Positions 8,901 to 17,138 of a stretch of DNA of 32,000 bases are shown in pieces. Location of the stretch: NCBI RefSeq assembly GCF_900083515.1, contig NZ_LT671858.1:690001-722000 (forward strand). Direction: 5' to 3'. The notes beneath the pieces are model-generated. The model made no database searches. It was given only the letters and a program-made list of their open reading frames with translations, and had not been told where the DNA came from. This DNA is from Cuniculiplasma divulgatum. GTDB taxonomy: Archaea > Thermoplasmatota > Thermoplasmata > Thermoplasmatales > Thermoplasmataceae. The position numbers and the translations under genes are program-made. The first letter of the stretch is position 1. Each line of letters opens with the position of its first letter.

Positions 8901-10451
8901 TTAAAATAATGGGGAAAGTGCAAAACCGTCGCCTCTAGGATCTGCGCCGCCAAACAAAACACCGTTTTCTCCCCGCTTTATTATCTGACAATGTCCATGT
9001 GAACTATCAAGAAAACTGGTTTGTCTTATCCTCTTGAAATATTTTGACAGATCATAATTGAACGATGCACCTTCTTCAAATATTAGCAGATCTGGGTCTT
9101 CATATATATTTGCAGGTATATTTATTCTGGGAAGGTCAATTGCCTCCTGAGGTGTCATCCCTAAGTCTATCAATTCATGGATCTTGTTTACGTGAACCTG
9201 GGGCTGGATATCTCCACCCATAGTGCCAATAGAATATTCAAATTCGCCATTTCTTTCGACCATACCAGCACAGAGTGTGTGAAAAGTTCTCTTTTCAGGT
9301 TCAAGGTAATTATGGTGTGCAGGATCAAGTGAAAAATAGGACCCTCTATTCTGCAAGGAAAATCCTGTACCCTCAGGAACAACAGTAGATCCAAATCCAG
9401 TGTAATTACTTTGTATAATTGATATTGCATCTCCATCTGTGTTTGCTATGGTGAAGTAGGTAGTATCTCCATCCTTACCCGATGCAGATTTTCCACTCTC
9501 TGAACTATCAACCACTTTCCAGTAAAATGCTTCATCAAGATAATTGGAAGGAAGTGGCATTCTATCCGGGTCTCCAATGAATGTTCTCCTGAATTTATTT
9601 GCAATGAGGTGGCTTTTCATTATTTTTTCTTCATACGAAAGATCATCATCTTTCATGAATCTTAGAGAATTAAGGTTAAAATTTACCGTAGCTCCCTGAC
9701 TGTTTGGAGGTAATTCGTAAATAATCCTATCTTCATAGAACGATTTGAGTGGATCCTGAACCTTAGGTTTATGTTTGGAAAGATCGGTTTCATCTATTAC
9801 AACCTCACTTTTCTGAAACGCCTTTGAAAGCTTATCCGCAAAATTTCCTTTGTAAAAAGAATCCAGCCCATCATTGGATAGCGATTCAATAGTTGAGGCA
9901 AGATCTTCCTGAAAGAATACATCACCTTGCAGTGGGGGAAGTCCATTGCTGGAAAAGGTATCCCTGAAATTCCTATCTCTGGTTCTCCTGAGGGTCAATT
10001 CAATTGATCTTGCATAATTATGTGTTACAGGAAATCCTTCTCTGGCTATCTTAATGGCATATTTGAGTAAATCCTTTGTATCCATTGAAGAATGCCTTTC
10101 AAGTTCTTGCCATAGACCCACCAGTCCTGGTACAGTAATTGCTGCCAAAGGACCCATATATGGTATGGATTTCATGCCCTTTTTTCCATACATCTCAGCA
10201 TTAATATTTCTAGATGATTTTCCGCTGCTGTTAATTGAAACGATTTTTCCATTCATTCTCAGCAATGCAAATCCATCCCCTCCAAGGCCACAAAGGTTAT
10301 TCTGTGTCACTGCAAGAACAGCACTGGTTGCTATGGCAGCATCAGCAATATTACCCCCGTCTTCAAGGACTTTAACACCTGTCCTTGAGGCATAAATACT
10401 TGACGTGGAAACCATTGCATTAAGAGACATTACATCTGGTCTAGTTCTCAT
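8901..10451 (-). CDS. ggt: Gamma-glutamyltransferase family protein (Ntn hydrolase)
   Basis: 516 aa. The autoprocessing/catalytic site region GDTTYFTIANTDGDAISIIQSNYTGFGS is present, with GGDGF near the N-terminus and MGGD..PQ near the C-terminus. Confidence 0.85.
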   Translation of the reverse strand: MRTRPDVMSLNAMVSTSSIYASRTGVKVLEDGGNIADAAIATSAVLAVTQNNLCGLGGDGFALLRMNGKIVSINSSGKSSRNINAEMYGKKGMKSIPYMGPLAAITVPGLVGLWQELERHSSMDTKDLLKYAIKIAREGFPVTHNYARSIELTLRRTRDRNFRDTFSSNGLPPLQGDVFFQEDLASTIESLSNDGLDSFYKGNFADKLSKAFQKSEVVIDETDLSKHKPKVQDPLKSFYEDRIIYELPPNSQGATVNFNLNSLRFMKDDDLSYEEKIMKSHLIANKFRRTFIGDPDRMPLPSNYLDEAFYWKVVDSSESGKSASGKDGDTTYFTIANTDGDAISIIQSNYTGFGSTVVPEGTGFSLQNRGSYFSLDPAHHNYLEPEKRTFHTLCAGMVERNGEFEYSIGTMGGDIQPQVHVNKIHELIDLGMTPQEAIDLPRINIPANIYEDPDLLIFEEGASFNYDLSKYFKRIRQTSFLDSSHGHCQIIKRGENGVLFGGADPRGDGFALSPLF

Positions 10452-11527
10452 AACTCCTTCAGTTCCTTTGTTGCTCCGTGTGAGATTACCTCACAACCAT
10501 CTTTCTTCACTATTACATCATCTTCTATTCTTACACCCAGTTTTCCCGGAAGATAAATGCCAGGTTCGTTGGTTATGGCCATATTCTCCTTTAGCGGGAA
10601 GTCAAGATTATACGAAAGTGCGCTATGATCATGGACATCTAGACCTATTCCATGACCAAGGGAATGTATGAAGCGTCCTTTGTATTTTGTAGAATCAATG
10701 ACATTTCTTGCCTTTATATCCACATCCTTACCGTTGGCACCCTCTCTAATTAGTTTCATGGATTCAGATTGAGCTCTATAAACAATGTCATAAACCTCTT
10801 TCAGTTCTTCTGAGGCTCTCCCAAAACATACTGTTCTGGTCACATCAGAGCAATAGTCATTGTATAGTGCTCCATAATCTATCAGCACTCCATCGCCTTT
10901 TTTCAATTTCCTCAACCCAGGCGAATAATGGGGTTGCGATGCATTTTCTCCAAAGGCTACAATTGTGGAAAAAGAAGGCCCATCTGCACCATTTTTCATC
11001 ATTTCATACACAACCTTTGAGGCTACTTCCTTTTCTGTCATCCCTTCTTTTAGGGAGAGATGGACCGCCTCTATTGAATCGCTGGCTATCTTTGCAGCCT
11101 CTTTCAGGAATTCAATTTCTTCTTTATCCTTTATTATTCTGGCTTCCTTAATTGAAACTGACACATCTACAAAATCCTTATCTGGAATGATCCTGAGCAG
11201 ATTCTTATAATTTTCAAGCGATAAGGATGCATAGTTTAGTCCAACTGTGTTGTATTTCTTGAGACTATCTCTCATCATGGTTTCATATTCCTGACGGGAT
11301 TTAAAAATCTTTACCTCAAGCCCCGTTCTTTTCGCTGTTTCTTCTTCAAGAATGGAAGTATAAATTGTTGAACCATCAGGTCTTGCAACTATGAAAGATC
11401 CCTCAAAAACTCCTCCAGGTGCCCTCGTTATATACTGGAATGTCTTATCGAGTGAATTTTCTCCACCATTTATAATCAAAATGGCTTCGCTTTCTCTGGC
11501 AAAATTAAAAATATCCTTTACAGCCAT
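10448..11527 (-). CDS. pepQ: M24B Xaa-Pro peptidase
   Basis: 359 aa. Metal-ligand motifs: DYGALYNDYCSDVTRT, HSLGHGIGLDVHD, NEPGIY and VRIEDDV. The stop overlaps the ggt start as ATGA (10448-10451). Confidence 0.85.
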   Translation of the reverse strand: MAVKDIFNFARESEAILIINGGENSLDKTFQYITRAPGGVFEGSFIVARPDGSTIYTSILEEETAKRTGLEVKIFKSRQEYETMMRDSLKKYNTVGLNYASLSLENYKNLLRIIPDKDFVDVSVSIKEARIIKDKEEIEFLKEAAKIASDSIEAVHLSLKEGMTEKEVASKVVYEMMKNGADGPSFSTIVAFGENASQPHYSPGLRKLKKGDGVLIDYGALYNDYCSDVTRTVCFGRASEELKEVYDIVYRAQSESMKLIREGANGKDVDIKARNVIDSTKYKGRFIHSLGHGIGLDVHDHSALSYNLDFPLKENMAITNEPGIYLPGKLGVRIEDDVIVKKDGCEVISHGATKELKEL

Positions 11528-11913
11528 AATCTAACATTCCTCACTAATATTTATAATGTTCTCAGAGGTCGTGAATGGCTTTGTCAGTCATTATCTGCTT
11601 AACTCTACTCAATTTACTTAACTAAGAAAAATATAGTTCTCTGAGTAAATGGTAACCAGGAATAAAATCACACTCTTTCAGCCAGCCTGCAAGCGTGCAC
11701 AGTTATTTTTGTATAGATGTCATGAAAAAAGTTCTTTTTGCCACCTTGTCATGTGATGTTAGGGGAGAGTCGGAGAGGCAGTATAAAAATAACTTGACCC
11801 ATGAAGTCGCAACTTAGATTTGCTCCCCTTCGCCTCCTCATATTACAATGAAACAAAGGTGAATAGAAGACTGTCGAGTTATCTCCCTTCTTAAACAGTC
11901 ACCAATCACGGAA

Positions 11914-12210
11914 ATGATCAGAATACTGATAGGAATGGATGTACATGAATGTAACATATACATAACTGAAATGGAACATAATGCAAATGTGAATGAACAG
12001 TATGAAATTAGAAATGATGAATCTTCATGGGGTGATTTCAGGGAAATATATCTGTCAAAGTATCCTGAAATATCACTTGAAGTATCCACATCTGGAAAAT
12101 ATGTTGCAGGAAAAGTGAGAGATATGGGGTTTTCAATTCATCTTGCATATCCTTAAAAGATATTACTCATATTCAATACAGGAAAAAACAACCACATAAT
12201 AAATCATTGA
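11914..12210 (+). mobile_element. IS110-family (DEDD) transposase, N-terminal remnant only
   Basis: IGMDVHECNIYITE ... LEVSTSGKYVAGKVRDMGFSIHLAYP matches the DEDD_Tnp_IS110 N-domain layout (GiDvhk ... EatG.y ... G..v.l.nP). A TAA stop at 12154 is followed by 17 more recognisably related codons (KILLIFNTGKNNHIIN, compare K...IA..K.KtDkiDA). The catalytic C-terminal half is absent. Confidence 0.6.
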
Positions 12211-12307
12211 ATGAATTTTCATAACAAATCCATATTCAAGGAAATCAAAAAAAGATACCCGTCTTTAGTATATTGACCCCCTGGGTTCTCACCCCTGCTA
12301 AGTCTAA

Positions 12308-12631
12308 CTAAAACATGAAGAATGGAGAAATGTGGAGCATGTACAGAATTCAGGAGTAAGATTTGCTTTAATCAGTGACCACCCAGTAATATTGCAAAGA
12401 GCATTGTTTTTAAAAACAATGCGATTCATCATATTCGGAGTCACAAAAGAGCAATGCATATCTTATGTGACTGCCGGATCTGCAGAAATGCTCGGATCTG
12501 ATAATCTTGGAACCATAGAGTGATGAAAGTGCGCATCTATGATATTCTGGAACAGGGACTCATTCCAGTATGACTCCTGTGAAAAAATGATAATGGGAGA
12601 GGAAAAAACTCTGGTTAACGAATGTTATTAA
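12308..12631 (+). pseudogene. C-terminal remnant of a metal-dependent amidohydrolase
   Basis: One frame reads GVRFALISDHPVI...VTKEQCISYVTAGSAEMLGSDNLGTIE-TGA-TGA-KCASMIFWNRDSFQYDSCEKMIMGEEKTLV. This follows the family C-terminus (Gv.vAl.sDhpv ... T..aA..lG....GslE.GK.AD.v.w..dp......v..v...G). About 300 N-terminal codons are missing and there are two tandem in-frame stops at 12521-12526. Confidence 0.5.
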
Positions 12632-12872
12632 GCAATGAGTGTAAAAATATAAATTTACAAACCTTAATTTTTTCCTTATTGAACTAGTTCTAGGAATGTC
12701 CTTCTTTATAAGTATTTCTATACCGACTGGAACTATACTTTTTGAAGATGACAAATTTAATATATTCCCTACTACATGTAATTTTATATGAATAAAATAA
12801 GTAAGGGAGATTTAAAAGCGTTTTGGAGAAAATGCTTTATTTTCAGAGAGAGAGTCGAACAAAATTGTCATT

Positions 12873-14540
12873 TTGCTTTCCATTTTTGCATGTCTACTCA
12901 TGACAGTCCCTATGACCACGTCATCCAGTTCTTGGAATAGTCAGAGTGTGGATGTTGGAGATTTTAGTGCTTCTCCATTTGTTATAGGGAGTGGCAGCAG
13001 TTCTTCCGTTTTTGGACTTCATGGTCCTATATCATGCGCATGTACAGGAGGAGGTGGAGGATCTGGAGGGGGTGGTAGTGGAAGTTCAGGACAACCACCC
13101 TCTTTATCCTCATATATGGATTGCTATAGTTCATATTTTATCCATGGAGGAACCATAAGCATTCAGGTGTCCATTAGCTCCATGGGTTCAACATCCTGCG
13201 ACAGAGTATATTTGTGTTTTTCAGCATGTCGTAGTTCACTGGGTTCTACCAGTTCAGATTATTACTTTTATAAAAGTTCGCCAATCTGTGTATATTCCAC
13301 GGGATCTTATAAAATGACCTTTACACCAGAAACCGGAAATTATAAAAATGTGTTATTCAACACTGAAGTGGCAAACAGCTATGGATCATCAGAATATGCC
13401 CCTAGCATAACCTATCAACATGATTTCACAGTGTTTCCTAAGGTGTCTAATCCTTCCATTGGATACGATGGGAATAATGTGATTTATCTTGCAAGTATTA
13501 ATGACTCTTGTTCTGAACATGAATTTAACGCTATTAATCAGAGCAAAACCTCAGATACTGTGAAATACAGTGGTACATTGTATAACGAGGAAATATGCAA
13601 CATATTAGGGCAGGGGTTTAAAATGGAAGAAGATGGACCTTATTCAAATGGAAAACAACTTCTTCACATTTGCATCTGGGATTCTATGATAGGCCTTGGT
13701 GAGATAGAACACCAACGACTTGCAAAATGTGGAAGGTTAACGTGTGAGCCGTCATCAATAACCACAAGGGTTAGCACGGTTAATGCAGAAAGTAACATGA
13801 GTAAAACAATTTGTGACTTTCCCGCTGCAAATTGCCCTAATGGGTTGGCAATTAACGTTAGCAACGCTCATATTCTATCTGAGTCCAGGGAATTGGCAGA
13901 AGCTTCCGTTGAATTCGGTGCCATGTCTTTGGCTGCCCTAGCTATTCCTGTAGCAGGCGACGCAATTTCCCCAATTCTTGGAGCTACATCCTTAGCTCTA
14001 GGCATTGGCTCACTCTTGGAATCCTTTACTTCATCTACCATTACGAATGGTAAAGGCAATTCGCCCATAGAGTTGACCCACTGTATAGATGGGGGGAACG
14101 GTAGAACAAATCTGTTTGGTTCAACCGATTACATTTCTTTGTTAGTCCCATTGTCCTCAACAACTCCTACATTCCAAGTGTTTATGAATACATCAGACAA
14201 ATACAGCTTAAATTACCCTTGCGCCTCTGGCCTTGGTACCCATAGTGAAGCATCTGTAAATCTCTCCGTAAGTTCAGTCCATGCAAATTATATAACATGC
14301 GAAAGTTTCAAACTGTGTTCAGGCAATGAGAAATATATCTACATTTGTAATCCCAGCAACGGAGTTGTGTATATGGAACCATTGAAAATGGAAGGTACTT
14401 ATGGTGGTTTTGGATTCTTTGCTGACCCTGGAAATCCTTATAACATATTTGCCGAAGTAGGTAACAGGCTTATCCCCATAGGAAATGTAGGATCAGGAAT
14501 ACTTGCCCAGAATGGTGATGATATTCTGCACCTAAAATAG
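12873..14540 (+). CDS. Orphan secreted or membrane-associated Cys-rich protein, function unknown
   Basis: 555-aa ORF with a hydrophobic N-terminus (LSIFACLLMTVP), a Ser-rich segment, a Gly/Ser linker at 13047-13091, many Cys and an internal 38-aa Gly/Ala/Leu hydrophobic stretch. I recognise no family. The start is problematic (see findings). Confidence 0.6.
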   Translation: MLSIFACLLMTVPMTTSSSSWNSQSVDVGDFSASPFVIGSGSSSSVFGLHGPISCACTGGGGGSGGGGSGSSGQPPSLSSYMDCYSSYFIHGGTISIQVSISSMGSTSCDRVYLCFSACRSSLGSTSSDYYFYKSSPICVYSTGSYKMTFTPETGNYKNVLFNTEVANSYGSSEYAPSITYQHDFTVFPKVSNPSIGYDGNNVIYLASINDSCSEHEFNAINQSKTSDTVKYSGTLYNEEICNILGQGFKMEEDGPYSNGKQLLHICIWDSMIGLGEIEHQRLAKCGRLTCEPSSITTRVSTVNAESNMSKTICDFPAANCPNGLAINVSNAHILSESRELAEASVEFGAMSLAALAIPVAGDAISPILGATSLALGIGSLLESFTSSTITNGKGNSPIELTHCIDGGNGRTNLFGSTDYISLLVPLSSTTPTFQVFMNTSDKYSLNYPCASGLGTHSEASVNLSVSSVHANYITCESFKLCSGNEKYIYICNPSNGVVYMEPLKMEGTYGGFGFFADPGNPYNIFAEVGNRLIPIGNVGSGILAQNGDDILHLK

Positions 14541-14564
14541 AAAATAATGAGGAGGGATCTTTAG

Positions 14565-15554
14565 ATGAATAAAGAAAAATTAAAAGGAAAAATGTGGAAA
14601 ATACTGTCCATCTTTGTCGCTTTGCTCCTATTATCTTCTGTATTAATCTATTTGGATTTAGAAAGAAATAAGCCTTCATACAAGGAATATGGATCAAGTG
14701 TTATTTTGAAAGACCCGGAAGAACATCGTAGTTTGAACGGTGTTAATTCCGTATACAGGGGAGTTAACAGCTCCTCTCAGTGCTCGATCCATGGGCAAAC
14801 ATATTACCTAAACAGTTCTCTTTCAGACCAGTACAGCTTTTTTGGTCGGCAAGACGGAGTAACTGGTCTTTATTTTCAAGGTACTTATGATAAACCAATT
14901 CAGTTAATCGAGGTTTGCGTCTACAATAATTCTAGTATTCATAATACAATATATAGCCTATCGAGGTCTTTTTACGTTTATAAGGGAGTAAAATGTTCTT
15001 GGTTTTCCAGTACAGAAAACCGCAGGGGAATTAATAGTTGTGATCGTGCAAACATGCAAACTATAAATAACAAAACATTTTGCTTGTCCATATATCTTTA
15101 TTGTTTGGAACGTTATGATATTATAATAAAAATTGAATCAACTCCTAACCTGTACAATACATACCACATTCAAGAAATACGTGAGTATGATGTTCTATTT
15201 TTTAAGGCTAATCTCGTTTGTAATAATCATAATCTTAGTAGAGAAGACTATTTGAACGAAAGTGCTAATGTAAAGAGAACAAGTCTTGAGGACTTAACAA
15301 CGCATAGGTTTGTTAATATCTGTCCCATTACTCCACAGGTATCCATTCATTGCTTTAGACTTATTTCTTATTTGAACCCTGAGAATAATTATGAACTGTA
15401 TTTTCAGAATGGAATTAACTTGACTCCGGTGTATTACTTTTCTTCTGCTACCCTGGAGAACTCGCTTATTAAAGGTATTACTATATTTCCCTACCTAACA
15501 TATACTTTAAATGGAACAAAAACGGAATTAACTGTATCAAACTGTATCAGTTAG
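14565..15554 (+). CDS. Orphan N-terminally anchored extracellular protein, function unknown
   Basis: 329 aa. The signal/anchor is KGKMWKILSIFVALLLLSSVLIYL. Cys and N-x-S/T sequons are scattered through the protein. GGAGGG lies 8 nt upstream of the ATG. The gene starts 24 nt after the previous gene, so it is probably co-transcribed. Confidence 0.6.
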   Translation: MNKEKLKGKMWKILSIFVALLLLSSVLIYLDLERNKPSYKEYGSSVILKDPEEHRSLNGVNSVYRGVNSSSQCSIHGQTYYLNSSLSDQYSFFGRQDGVTGLYFQGTYDKPIQLIEVCVYNNSSIHNTIYSLSRSFYVYKGVKCSWFSSTENRRGINSCDRANMQTINNKTFCLSIYLYCLERYDIIIKIESTPNLYNTYHIQEIREYDVLFFKANLVCNNHNLSREDYLNESANVKRTSLEDLTTHRFVNICPITPQVSIHCFRLISYLNPENNYELYFQNGINLTPVYYFSSATLENSLIKGITIFPYLTYTLNGTKTELTVSNCIS

Positions 15555-15888
15555 AGGTTATTTATGTGAATGTTATTGAACCTCTAAATCAAAATTTTAG
15601 AAAGTGATTTTACAAAGAAAATTTAGCATTAAGCGGTTCTTAATGATCCTTGTAATTTTTAATGCTCATGCTAACTATTATTCTATAGTGACCACCAGTA
15701 CTTAGAATTTCTACCTCCTATATCATTTCATTGATTTTATCCCTGACTATTTTGAATTCAGACTAGGTGATTACACCCCTTGATCCGATCAAAATAAATG
15801 AGCATATCTATGGATAAACTGAATAAGTGTTATAGAGTAAAATAAACATAAAGGATCAAACCCAGACCATACGGGAAATGTTAAAACG

Positions 15889-15990
15889 ATGTATGAGAAA
15901 ACGGTAACACCATTTGGGAATTCAGGTAAGGTTGATGTTGTCAAGAAGTATATTGGAAAGAGAGTCTACTTTATAGTGCTAAAGGAATAA
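15889..15990 (+). CDS. Small AbrB/SpoVT-fold protein resembling DUF2080 (putative transposon-encoded protein)
   Basis: This 33-codon ORF is below the track cut-off: MYEKTVTPFGNSGKVDVVKKYIGKRVYFIVLKE. The pattern eKtV.p.GnSgkv.vpKk.iGkrV..v. is what I recall for DUF2080. Its short length keeps confidence low. Confidence 0.4.
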   Translation: MYEKTVTPFGNSGKVDVVKKYIGKRVYFIVLKE

Positions 15991-16055
15991 GAACTTCTGT
16001 TACAGAGCCATCCTATAGACGGGATATATATTTAAGTTATACATATAACTACAAT

Positions 16056-16208
16056 ATGGAAAAGAAGACAACATTTGGACCCCAGGGACAGGTAATCATT
16101 CCAAAAGATATCAGAGATAAGATCGGCATAAAGGAATATTCTGAAGTTATTGTTGATGTATTGGATGACTCAGTTATAATAAAGAAGATCAAACATGAAT
16201 CAGTATAG
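16056..16208 (+). CDS. vapB: AbrB/SpoVT-type VapB antitoxin, apparently truncated
   Basis: 50 codons: MEKKTTFGPQGQVIIPKDIRDKIGIKEYSEVIVDVLDDSVIIKKIKHESV, a classic swapped-hairpin motif (G.v.IPk.iR..lgik.g..v). It ends in tandem TAG-TAA. The same frame then stays open to 16310 and overlaps the PIN start. Confidence 0.6.
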   Translation: MEKKTTFGPQGQVIIPKDIRDKIGIKEYSEVIVDVLDDSVIIKKIKHESV

Positions 16209-16287
16209 TAAGTTGACTATTATTGTACAACTTATTCAAAAAAGCTCACCAAGAAAATAGATATCAAAAAAATTATAGAGGAACAAT

Positions 16288-16710
16288 ATGAAAGGGACAT
16301 TTTACATTGATTCCAATGTTTTCCTGTACTCTGTTCTCTACAATGATCTCATAGAGTCTGAAAAAGCAAGAGAAATTTTATCACAAATAGAAGGGAAAAA
16401 TATCCAAGCATATACTTCAACCTTAACTTGAGACGAGGTCTCATATGTCGTTGAAAGAACACTAGGAAAAACAGATGCTATTGAGGTGGGCAAGAAGTTT
16501 ATTAATTTCCCATTCTTAAGATTCATACCAGTGGACGAAGAGATAATCCGGAGAAGCCGAGTTATCCGAGAAAAATATAATCTGAAACCACGGGATTCGA
16601 TACACCTGTCTTGTGCAATCGAACGAAATATTTCTGATATTATCTCTGATGACGCAGATTTTGAAGGTATAAAAGAGATCAATAGATTGCCTATCAATGG
16701 ATTGGTTTGA
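16288..16710 (+). pseudogene. vapC: PIN-domain VapC toxin interrupted by an in-frame TGA
   Basis: MKGTFYIDSNVFLY (first acidic PIN residue) ...AYTSTLT-TGA-DEVSYVV... PRDSIHLSCA ... IISDDADF (C-terminal acidic residues). The single in-frame stop is at 16429-16431. The downstream part is track ORF 16486-16710 in the same frame. Confidence 0.7.
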
Positions 16711-16784
16711 CCTTAACACCATAGCACCAAGCTAGTGACAAGACCTTTTAATTATCTTGTATTCTATTTCGAAAGTTTCTTATC

Positions 16785-17138
16785 TTACCTTTCCCTGTAA
16801 AATTTACACTCTATCCCATTCTTGTCCCGATGTAGTTTTTTAATCCAGGTCCTCAAATCTTGTTTAGGGTTATTGTAACTTTTGAATCTTCTGTCTGTAA
16901 ATTCCATGTCCATAGCATTGATCTCTATCTCTGCAATGCTCATCCACCTTGCATTCCTGAATGTATAATGGAATTCAACCCTCGAAAGCAGTGTATCGCT
17001 TTTTTACTTTCCAATTTCTTCTTCAAAAGAGCTCCTGAAATAGGTGTTAAGATTGTCCATTACAATGTGAATCTTCTTTCCATCTTTGTACATATTCAGA
17101 ACGTCCACCAGCTTCCCAAATCTTTTAACCAATCTCAT
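16785..17138 (-). mobile_element. IS630/Tc1-mariner-family DDE transposase, C-terminal remnant
   Basis: The minus-strand frame reads ..KKIHIVMDNLNTYFRSSFEEEIGK-TAA-KSDTLLSRVEFHYTFRNARWMSIAEIEINAMDMEFTDRRF...IECKFYRER. This matches the IS630 C-terminus (i.lvlDNl.tH ... lefhytPkh.SWlNmaEiei..l..qcl.rRi). It has an in-frame stop at 17004-17006 and the N-terminal half is missing. Confidence 0.65.

Noticed and set aside
12519-12580. A possible C/D-box sRNA (GTGATGA at about 12520)
   Set aside because: No correctly spaced D' (CUGA), C' or D boxes and no terminal stem. The GTGATGA is simply the tandem TGA-TGA of the amidohydrolase fossil.
13047-13091. TGGGGGSGGGGSGSSG looks like an engineered (G4S)n linker, raising the possibility of a synthetic construct or vector contamination
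   Set aside because: It is in frame within a long native-looking ORF, uses mixed Gly codons (GGA/GGT/GGG), is flanked by Ser-rich low-complexity sequence, and has no vector-like features nearby. It is most likely a natural flexible linker.
15552-15585. Inverted repeat AGAGGTT-N19-AACCTCT right after the stop of the 329-aa gene, considered as an intrinsic terminator
   Set aside because: The stem is only 7 bp with a large loop and no following oligo-T tract of the kind archaeal termination relies on. This is insufficient for a feature call.
16429-16431. In-frame TGA in the PIN gene interpreted as Trp recoding or an alternative genetic code
   Set aside because: TGA clearly terminates conserved genes in the same window (rps8e at 7517-7519, pepQ at 10448-10450, DUF58 at 26542-26544). 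A nonsense mutation is the simpler explanation.
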